A DNA stretch of 10,401 bases from Candidatus Heimdallarchaeota archaeon (lineage in GTDB: Archaea > Asgardarchaeota > Heimdallarchaeia > Heimdallarchaeales > Heimdallarchaeaceae), in contig JAEOTE010000131.1 of assembly GCA_016839945.1 (NCBI GenBank), positions 1 through 10,401 of the forward strand. The letters run 5' to 3'. Under the pieces are notes generated by a model. That model searched no databases. It saw nothing but the letters and a program-made list of their open reading frames with translations, and was not told where the DNA came from. Positions 1 through 6,646 of this stretch are shown here, piece by piece. The first letter of the stretch is position 1; each line of letters opens with the position of its first letter. Made by a program: the position numbers and the translations under genes.

Positions 1-651
1 AACTAAAGATTCAGTTTGTTCCTGAAGATGTTGAAGATAAAATCCTCCAATTTTCGGATCTTGCATCATAGCTTTTTTGACAAATCGAGGATCCATATCT
101 ATCAAGTAAATGGAACGGGAAAAATCTCGTTCGAAAGATTTTATGATAAACTTCCCGATCGTGTGAGGGCCTGTTGGGGCTGTTATAAGCCAGTTCATAT
201 GGAGTGGGATACCAAAATCCTCAAAGTTGTCTAAACATAATTTCACTAGTACATTGAAAGTGTCTGTGTTCATGTCAAAGTAATCCATTTGGTCAAAATC
301 TATTCGTGAAGTATTCGCCATTAGCACATTTTTTTTGGGTTTGCCTTGAGTTCCACCTGTTTCTGCTACTTGCATTTCTGCACCTGGAGTCTTTGCATAC
401 CATTGATAAGCAAACTTTGTTGTTGTATAGCTTATTGGAAAATTTCTGAATACATCTGGTGGAGTGGGTCCTAGCTTTTCAGCTAAGTCTTTCCAATCAT
501 TAATATCCCCTTTTTTGACATTCCTTTCCTTTGCTAGTTTTATCAAATAAGGAGAGCCTTGTTCTTCTGAAATCGCTATATCTACGCATTCTACTAGAAA
601 ATCATTTTGATTTATTTTATTTACTATTTTTGTTTTTGCGGATGTAGCCAT
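1..651 (-). CDS. EhpF/GriC-like (ANL superfamily, PaaK-like) aryl/acyl-carboxylate adenylating enzyme, 3' partial (217 aa in window; not in ORF track)
   Basis: Manual translation from ATG at 651 is open to position 1: MATSAKTKIVNKINQNDFLVECVDIAISEEQGSPYLIK...AETGGTQGKPKK...NWLITAPTGPHTIGK...IDMDPRFVKKAMMQDPKIGGFYLQHLQEQTESLV. It has the ANL P-loop (ETGGTQGKPK) plus PTGPH and ID(M)DPRxVK motifs that I recall from EhpF/GriC-type proteins. GGTGA lies 7 nt upstream (659-663). Confidence 0.82.
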   Translation of the reverse strand, partial: MATSAKTKIVNKINQNDFLVECVDIAISEEQGSPYLIKLAKERNVKKGDINDWKDLAEKLGPTPPDVFRNFPISYTTTKFAYQWYAKTPGAEMQVAETGGTQGKPKKNVLMANTSRIDFDQMDYFDMNTDTFNVLVKLCLDNFEDFGIPLHMNWLITAPTGPHTIGKFIIKSFERDFSRSIYLIDMDPRFVKKAMMQDPKIGGFYLQHLQEQTESLV

Positions 652-658
652 AAAGTCT

Positions 659-693
659 TCACCGTTAATATTTTCAGTAAAATCATTTATAAA
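659..693 (-). promoter_or_regulatory. Archaeal TATA box (TTTATAAA, 686-693) and SD-like GGTGA (659-663) for the 651..1 gene
   Basis: TTTATAAA lies 35-42 nt upstream of the ATG, and GGTGA has a 7-nt spacer to the ATG. Confidence 0.55.
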
Positions 694-718
694 GGAGGAC
701 AACTCACCGACAAAATTC
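679..718 (+). repeat. Imperfect direct repeat, copy 1 (partner at 2846-2885)
   Basis: aaaatcatttataaaggaggacaactcaccgacaaaattc vs aaaatcacatataaaggagagtaaatcacctacaaaaatc: 32/40 identical, ungapped, offset 2167 bp. Confidence 0.75.
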
Positions 719-882
719 TATTCTGAATTTTAAAAAATACAAATAAAGTTCCAGAATATGATTTAATGGCATGGTCAGTGTTAAATTTGTAGAAAAGGTA
801 TTGAAGAGAGTAATATAAGAACAAATCTAAATAATATGCACAAAATTAATAAATTGAGTTTTATTAGATTTACAAAAAATCT

Positions 883-2844
883 GTGGAAATGATGAAAAAT
901 TCAAAAATTAATTTCTTTATTTTATTCTCCATTTTAGTCTTCACAGCACTCATGAATGTATCTCAGATCCAAGGCATTACTCCAAATGCATATTTAATTC
1001 TAAAAACCACAGATAATCGTAATTGGTCTGAATATGCTGATTATATTCAGGAATTTTTAGATGAAATAAATATTAATGTAACTATAAAAATAGAAACAGA
1101 TGCAACATGGTATGAATCTCTTCTTACAGGTGATTTTGATTTAGCAATTGTTGATTATTATAATTTTGCCACTGATCCTGATATGAGATCAATATTTACT
1201 GAATCCGCATTTTTTAATTGGATGGGGCTTTCCAAAACAATGCCATATGGAAATGAAAGTGAGAACTTGTTACATTATGGAATAACCATAACTGATCCTG
1301 AAGAGAGAAAAGAAATTTATGATGATTGGCAAAAGATTCAAATGGACAAAATACTTGGATTTTTCCCAATATTAATAGAAAAAAAATATGCTGTTGTTTG
1401 GGACAATATTGTAAATTACGATATAAGAAGAGATTTAGTTAATAACTTACCTTACATGTATTACAATGGTCTACATGAAGGACAATCTTCTTTTGATGCA
1501 TTAAACATCCATAAAAAGCAATGGTTTAACCTTAATCCTCTTTATCAGAGAAAAGCTTTTGATTTTCCAGATATGGAAGTAACTAGCTTAATTATGGATC
1601 CAATTGCTCAGGGAAATATTAACAATTTTTGGATTAAAACAGGTTTAATATATGATTGGGAAAAGATAGATGAAGCACATTACAAATTTTACTTAAGGGA
1701 CAATATTTTTTGGAATCCTTCTTACAATGTTTTATCCCGAACTAGTTTGTCTCCTCCTCTTGGTTCTATTCCACCTGGAGAACTAATGAGAGGTCTCAGA
1801 TCTTACGCATATAGTGATGGTTCAAATCAACAAGTACTCGCAAAAGATGTTGTGTTTACCTATTTAGCTCTTGCAAATCCTCTTACAAGTCCATATTACA
1901 ACGATTATTCATGGATTAGAAATATATACGTTGATCCTTTTGATGATTTGGCATATCATTTGCATACTGGTAATGAATATGGCTTGGTAGATTATGCTCC
2001 AATGTTTACAGATATGTCTCTTTTTACACTTCCTGAGTTTTTCCTTAATTCTTCTGATACTAGTGTTAGTTATTCTTCTGGTGGAGTAAAAACTATTGGA
2101 TTTTATGATGGTATTAATGAAACTACTCAATGGATTAATTTTGAGAAATCAGCATTTGGTTGTGGGCAATATATGTTAGATTATTATGACCTTGACTCTA
2201 TAACAGTATTACAAAGAAGCCCATATTGGCACGGAATTGGTCCAATTGATGGTTCTACTGGAAAACAACCTTTTGTAGATACAATTAATATTCATGTTTT
2301 TGATGATTTAGGGAATGCTTTTACATCTTTTAAATCTGGGAATCTTGATATCTTTAATTTCAACAATATTGATGGAGAATATTCTAATCTTATACCTGCA
2401 ATCAAAGAAATGGCATCTAATACAAAATACAACTTATATTCAGATTATCTTGGTTTTGCAGATGTTCTTCTAATAAATCTTAAACGTCCATTTGTTGGTG
2501 GAGCAGATAATTATATTTATCTAGATGAACCGGGAAAAGAGGAATACACAAAAGGTTTAGCAGTTCGTAAAGCAATTTGTTATTCGATTGATAGAGAAAT
2601 AATGAATAGAGAAATTCATAGTGAGAACTTGGAGGTTTTTCATAGTCCAATATTACCAATACTTGATTATTGGTATTATGATTACATAATCAAATATGAT
2701 AAAGATATACATTCTGCTAATGAATGGTTGTTAGCAGCAGATTATGATATTAAAACTAAATCTGCAAACTTTTTATTTAGCATATTTATAATAGGAATTA
2801 TTGTTACGTCTCAAAAAATGAAAAGAAGAATAAAAAACCTTTAA
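883..2844 (+). CDS. Family-5 (OppA/DppA-like) ABC solute-binding protein, circularly permuted, with N-terminal signal peptide and C-terminal membrane anchor
   Basis: Signal peptide MKNSKINFFILFSILVFTAL (true start may be ATG 889 or 892). Family-5 motifs: GDFDL, DPEERKEIY, LNPLY, YKFYLRD, AKDVVFTY, FGCGQY, LQRSPYW, VRKAICYSIDRE. C-terminal hydrophobic segment plus basic tail FLFSIFIIGIIVTSQKMKRR. Confidence 0.88.
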   Translation: MEMMKNSKINFFILFSILVFTALMNVSQIQGITPNAYLILKTTDNRNWSEYADYIQEFLDEININVTIKIETDATWYESLLTGDFDLAIVDYYNFATDPDMRSIFTESAFFNWMGLSKTMPYGNESENLLHYGITITDPEERKEIYDDWQKIQMDKILGFFPILIEKKYAVVWDNIVNYDIRRDLVNNLPYMYYNGLHEGQSSFDALNIHKKQWFNLNPLYQRKAFDFPDMEVTSLIMDPIAQGNINNFWIKTGLIYDWEKIDEAHYKFYLRDNIFWNPSYNVLSRTSLSPPLGSIPPGELMRGLRSYAYSDGSNQQVLAKDVVFTYLALANPLTSPYYNDYSWIRNIYVDPFDDLAYHLHTGNEYGLVDYAPMFTDMSLFTLPEFFLNSSDTSVSYSSGGVKTIGFYDGINETTQWINFEKSAFGCGQYMLDYYDLDSITVLQRSPYWHGIGPIDGSTGKQPFVDTINIHVFDDLGNAFTSFKSGNLDIFNFNNIDGEYSNLIPAIKEMASNTKYNLYSDYLGFADVLLINLKRPFVGGADNYIYLDEPGKEEYTKGLAVRKAICYSIDREIMNREIHSENLEVFHSPILPILDYWYYDYIIKYDKDIHSANEWLLAADYDIKTKSANFLFSIFIIGIIVTSQKMKRRIKNL

Positions 2845-2845
2845 A

Positions 2846-2885
2846 AAAATCACATATAAAGGAGAGTAAATCACCTACAAAAATC
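2846..2885 (+). repeat. Imperfect direct repeat, copy 2 (partner at 679-718)
   Basis: Starts 2 nt after the SBP stop codon. Contains the dyad GGAGA-gtaaa-TCACC (2861-2875). Confidence 0.75.
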
Positions 2886-2920
2886 AGATTAACTGTATTT
2901 GTTGTTCTTTTCACCTAAAT

Positions 2921-2970
2921 TTTATATATATCTCGTTTTTTATCGAATACTATTACATTATAGAAAGGTA
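2921..2970 (+). promoter_or_regulatory. TATA box (TTTATATA, 2921-2928) and SD-like AAGGTA (2965-2970) for the GNAT gene
   Basis: Motif spacing fits a TTG start at 2977 rather than the ORF-track start at 2899. Confidence 0.5.
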
Positions 2971-2976
2971 ATTATT

Positions 2977-4074
2977 TTGACTAAAAAAGAAGATTCTGAA
3001 TATTCTATCGAGCAATTTACTCTCAAAAAGAAAAACTTTGATGAAATCACAAATCTGTTGAATGATGCATTCTTAACTGATGAAGCAGCTATAGAAGAAG
3101 GAGCAACGATTACATTTACCAAGGAAAGTTTTGATCTATTTTTTAATTCTCCTATAACTGATCCAGATCTTTTTGTACGAGCAATACACAAGCCTACAAA
3201 TCAAATAGTAGGTTTTCTTGGAAACATACCAAGAACTGTGTCACTCTTTGGTGAAAAATATAATTTTATCATTCCTGGATGGTTAAGTGTTGCTCCAGAT
3301 CATAGAAGGCAAGGAATAGCTACCTTAATGGGTAGAAAGCTTCTGGAACTAGTCTCTAACTCAGAAAAATATGAAGGAGGTTTCGCTTTATTTGAACCAG
3401 AACAATATGGAAAAGATATAACTAGAATTGTAGTTTCTTCTAGTAATTTAAAGCAAGTAACTGTTTATTCCACAAAGAAATTCGTAGTTCGAGCTTTTAG
3501 TGCGAAGAAGCTTTCAGAAGTTGTTAAACTTAAATGGTACGAAAAACTTGCTTTCAGAGTTTTACAAGGTGTCAAGGAGAAAGATAATCCTCGAATTCGG
3601 CTTTTTGAGAAGAAGGATACTGAAGCACTCTACAAACTTATACTTGAGTATGAAGATAGATGTGATTTGGCAGTCATTCATGACAAAGAAGATTTCGCAA
3701 GAATAGTTAATCACCCACTTTTTCTCTGTGTTGTTCATGAGAATGATAAAGGTGAAATTGATGGATTTATTGGAGTATGGGAATTCCTTTTATCTGGTTT
3801 TGGGAAGACATATCCTTTCGGATGGTTAGATATGGTTCATATATATCAAATTACTACTAAAGAGGCGAAAGAGTTGTGCAATTTTCTGTGTGTAAAAGCA
3901 AAAGAACGAGGGTGGATTGGAATACAATGTCCATATTTTCCATACTATGATTCTAAACCTTTCATTAAAGCTAAATTCATTTTCTATACAAAGAGGTTAT
4001 TCTTGGATATGGGGATGCTAAAAGGGATGAACTTACCTAGAAAAATTGAATCTATCTTTTTAGATTGGAGATAA
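2977..4074 (+). CDS. Tandem-GNAT N-acyltransferase, N-myristoyltransferase (NMT)-like fold (~365 aa)
   Basis: GNAT motif A: WLSVAPDHRRQGIA. A second GNAT domain begins at RIRLFEKKD. Blocks are colinear with the NMT core (see findings). Start moved to TTG 2977 because the 26 upstream codons overlap the TATA/SD signals and are low-complexity. Confidence 0.8.
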   Translation: MTKKEDSEYSIEQFTLKKKNFDEITNLLNDAFLTDEAAIEEGATITFTKESFDLFFNSPITDPDLFVRAIHKPTNQIVGFLGNIPRTVSLFGEKYNFIIPGWLSVAPDHRRQGIATLMGRKLLELVSNSEKYEGGFALFEPEQYGKDITRIVVSSSNLKQVTVYSTKKFVVRAFSAKKLSEVVKLKWYEKLAFRVLQGVKEKDNPRIRLFEKKDTEALYKLILEYEDRCDLAVIHDKEDFARIVNHPLFLCVVHENDKGEIDGFIGVWEFLLSGFGKTYPFGWLDMVHIYQITTKEAKELCNFLCVKAKERGWIGIQCPYFPYYDSKPFIKAKFIFYTKRLFLDMGMLKGMNLPRKIESIFLDWR

Positions 4075-4106
4075 AAAATGGAAAAAAGAGAGAGAGAAAA
4101 CTAGAT
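4075..4106 (-). terminator. Pyrimidine/oligo-T tract, probable archaeal intrinsic terminator between convergent genes
   Basis: The minus strand after the rubrerythrin stop reads atctagttttctctctctcttttttccatttt. Confidence 0.5.
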
Positions 4107-4691
4107 TTAGTATGTTTCACATTGAAGCTCGAAATAGTTGTGAGGATGATCACATACAGGGCAAACTTTGGGTGGTTCAGTTCCATCATGAACATAACCA
4201 CATTTTCTGCATACCCATGCTACTTCTTCTTTTTTCTCGAAAACAGATTTCCCTTGAACTTCTTTTAGAAGTTTCTTATATCTCTCTTCATGATGAACTT
4301 CTGCTCTTCCAATGGCTAACAGTCTGATAGCAATCTTTTGTAATCCTTCTTCTTTGGCTTTCTCTGCAAATTCAGGATACATAATTGTATTTTCATAGTG
4401 TTCTCCATCTATAGCTGCTTGAAGATTAGCTACTGTATCACTTAGAGTTGTTGGTACTGTTGCTTCTACATCAAATTCAGGTAAATCCAATTTTTCTTTT
4501 TTCAGTAGTTCATTTAGCATTTTAAATAGTATTTTAGCATGTTCTTTTTCATTCATTGCAGTTACACTAAAGATATCTGCTATTTGCTCATAGCCTTCTT
4601 TTTTTGCTATTTTGGAATAGAATGTATATCTATTTCTAGCTTGACTTTCTCCCAAATATGCTTTGGCTAGATTATTTATTGTTTCCTTCAT
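4107..4691 (-). CDS. rbr: Rubrerythrin
   Basis: Di-iron ferritin-like motifs GESQARNRY, NEKEHAK, GEHYE, AEVHHEERY. C-terminal rubredoxin CRKCG...CPVCDH. AAGGTG upstream of the ATG. Confidence 0.97.
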   Translation of the reverse strand: MKETINNLAKAYLGESQARNRYTFYSKIAKKEGYEQIADIFSVTAMNEKEHAKILFKMLNELLKKEKLDLPEFDVEATVPTTLSDTVANLQAAIDGEHYENTIMYPEFAEKAKEEGLQKIAIRLLAIGRAEVHHEERYKKLLKEVQGKSVFEKKEEVAWVCRKCGYVHDGTEPPKVCPVCDHPHNYFELQCETY

Positions 4692-4761
4692 AAAAGCACC
4701 TTGCTTTACTTCATCCTTTAATGTGGTTTTAAAAAAGTTATTATCGGAAAGAGAACTAATC

Positions 4762-6042
4762 TCAAGTGTTAGGTTTGTATCTGGATATCTTTAGCTTTAT
4801 TGTTGCTAACAATAAAGGAAAAGCTAAGTTGGGTTTGAAGAAAGTTAATTTTGGTTCTGAACCCGTCATAATTGTTGCCCATCTTAATAGATATTTTACT
4901 CCTTTTTTATTACAAAGGTATGCAAAAGCATCTAGAAAAATCGGCATTCTGGCTAACACTTTGACCATTCGTGAAGACCATTTGAAATCTTTTCCAAAGG
5001 ACTTCATCCATCTCTTTTGATATAATTTCAGCATGCTTTCGCTAAAATCATTTTTTTCAAAAGCTTCTTCCAATGTTTTAGCAGCTATTTCTCCAGCATC
5101 CATCGCATACTGTATTCCTTCACCAGTTAGAGGATCAATATGACCAGCTGCATCTCCAACAATTAGAAAGTTATTAGCATAACTTTTCTTTACTCCTCCT
5201 AATCTTAAAGGTCCTGATTTCATTGGTTCAACCTTTGTTTTTGGACCAAGAGCTTCCGCAACATAAGGTTCTCCTGTAAGGAATAACTGATGCACATGCT
5301 GTAAATCTTCAGCTTTATATCTCCCTCCTGGAATTATATAACAACAAAAAACTACATCACCATCAGCTTCTTTGAAAAGAGCTAGATAACCTGGAACAAT
5401 ATCTTGAGTATAAAGACACACTCCATCATCTTTGTATTGATGGGTTCCAGCTTTGATGTAAACACTACTGCAAACAGCTTCTGGAGGTTTGTCCAGAATA
5501 CCTAAAGAACGAGCGATTTTTGAAGTAGCTCCATCTGCAGCAATCAGAACCTTTGTTCTGATAATCGCCTGTTTATCATTGAAGGATTTTACTTCCCAGA
5601 ATTTCTTGTCTTCAGAAAACTTAACTTCCTTAACATTATACTCTTCAATTAGTTTTGCTCCTTCTCTAACAGCTGCACGAACCATCTTTTCATCCATAAT
5701 CTCCCTTTTAATAGACATCATCAGATGACTTCCAAGTTCTTCAGCTGAATTATCGATATATGTGATTCTTCTGGGACTTACAAGACCACCAACAGCTGAA
5801 TAATGTCCTTTACCTTCTTCTAGAATTTCTTGTAAAACTCCCATCCTTTCCAGGTGGATTTGGGCTCTCTGTGAAATAGCATCTCCACAAATCTTTCTTC
5901 TAGGGAATTTCTCTTTATCTAAAAGAACAACGTTCTTTCCTTGTTTAGCTAAATAAAAGGCAGTAGAAGAACCACCAGGACCTGCTCCTATAATGCAGAC
6001 ATCAAAGATTTTTTCGTTCTCTTTGTTTGTGTTATTTGTCAT
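4762..6042 (-). CDS. Geranylgeranyl-reductase-family FAD-dependent oxidoreductase
   Basis: Motifs IGAGPGGS, FPRRKICGDAIS, LIAADGATS and LIVGDAAGHIDPLTGEGIQYAM. Confidence 0.9.
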   Translation of the reverse strand: MTNNTNKENEKIFDVCIIGAGPGGSSTAFYLAKQGKNVVLLDKEKFPRRKICGDAISQRAQIHLERMGVLQEILEEGKGHYSAVGGLVSPRRITYIDNSAEELGSHLMMSIKREIMDEKMVRAAVREGAKLIEEYNVKEVKFSEDKKFWEVKSFNDKQAIIRTKVLIAADGATSKIARSLGILDKPPEAVCSSVYIKAGTHQYKDDGVCLYTQDIVPGYLALFKEADGDVVFCCYIIPGGRYKAEDLQHVHQLFLTGEPYVAEALGPKTKVEPMKSGPLRLGGVKKSYANNFLIVGDAAGHIDPLTGEGIQYAMDAGEIAAKTLEEAFEKNDFSESMLKLYQKRWMKSFGKDFKWSSRMVKVLARMPIFLDAFAYLCNKKGVKYLLRWATIMTGSEPKLTFFKPNLAFPLLLATIKLKISRYKPNT

Positions 6043-6068
6043 TGGAATTTTATTTCTAAATAGGAAGG

Positions 6069-6082
6069 TTATAAGTTTTCAC
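6069..6082 (-). promoter_or_regulatory. BRE-TATA (gtgaaaac-TTATAA) for the GGR-family gene, probably leaderless or short-leader
   Basis: TTATAA at 6069-6074 is 27-32 nt upstream of ATG 6042 and is preceded by purine-rich GAAAA. No SD motif is visible. Confidence 0.5.
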
Positions 6083-6086
6083 AACT

Positions 6087-6452
6087 TTAAACATAGAAAT
6101 TAATTGTTTGATACCTCTCAATTATCTCCTTCTTCTTCTTTATGTCCTCTTTTTTGTGTTCAAGATCCCAGATAGTGACTTCTTTTATTTCATCATAATC
6201 CAAGAAAGTTACTTTTGCAAGAGAGATATTCTTATCTTCATCAATGATTATTTTTCCTTCATCAGCAAGCTGATCTATCATCAAATAAATCTGTAAATAG
6301 TGATTGAGAAGATTGTGATTGTTCCAATACTTTTCGAAGATTTCTTGAATGTTGATTTTTCCTTTTTCCAGCAATATTTTTTCCAATTGTTTTTCTAAGT
6401 TCTTCTTCGCTAATTCCTCTGTTTCAGGAGTATCTCCCCATAATCGCACCAT
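6087..6452 (-). CDS. Hypothetical protein (121 aa), possible winged-helix domain plus short C-terminal charged helix
   Basis: Open frame with codon usage like neighbouring genes. The pattern LEKILLEKGKINIQEIF...IYLMIDQLADEGKIII resembles a wHTH. Confidence 0.65.
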   Translation of the reverse strand: MVRLWGDTPETEELAKKNLEKQLEKILLEKGKINIQEIFEKYWNNHNLLNHYLQIYLMIDQLADEGKIIIDEDKNISLAKVTFLDYDEIKEVTIWDLEHKKEDIKKKKEIIERYQTINFYV

Positions 6453-6498
6453 AATACTTTCGGTAATGAGAGACAGACGAACCTATTAAATCACCAAA

Positions 6499-6646
6499 AG
6501 AAAAAAAGTGACATAAGTGAAATTAATAAGAATCGCTAGAAACACCTTCTATATATTCCTTAAATAATAATATTAGCTTATTTTCCTTCTAAAATTTCTA
6601 AATTTTTTTTACTAAATTATAAAAACCCCACAGAAAAAAAGTGACA
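6499..6646 (+). repeat. Exact 15-bp direct repeat AGAAAAAAAGTGACA (6499-6513 and 6632-6646) in a divergent intergenic region
   Basis: Read directly from the sequence. Similarity continues loosely downstream (taagtgaaatta vs agttaatta). Confidence 0.6.

Noticed and set aside
16-234. 72-aa + strand ORF
   Set aside because: Antisense shadow of the motif-bearing EhpF-like CDS on the minus strand.
679-2885. Direct repeats as a CRISPR array or integron attC sites
   Set aside because: There are only two copies, 2.2 kb apart, with no spacer periodicity, no cas or intI gene, and no attC R-box/hairpin structure.
2899-2976. N-terminal 26-codon extension of the GNAT ORF (apparent hydrophobic leader)
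   Set aside because: It overlaps the TATA and SD-like signals. TTG 2977 is the more plausible start, so this is not a signal peptide.
4087-4097. (AG)n microsatellite
   Set aside because: Only about five units, intergenic between convergent stops, and better explained as part of the terminator tract.
1909-5728. Short ORFs 1909-2130, 2958-3191, 3500-3706, 4065-4268, 4112-4327, 4766-5020 and 5489-5728
   Set aside because: All overlap well-supported genes, antisense or out of frame, and show no motifs or expression signals.
6108-6296. 62-aa hydrophobic + strand ORF
   Set aside because: Antisense to the Lys/Glu-rich 121-aa gene. Its hydrophobicity is an artefact of T-rich complementary codons.
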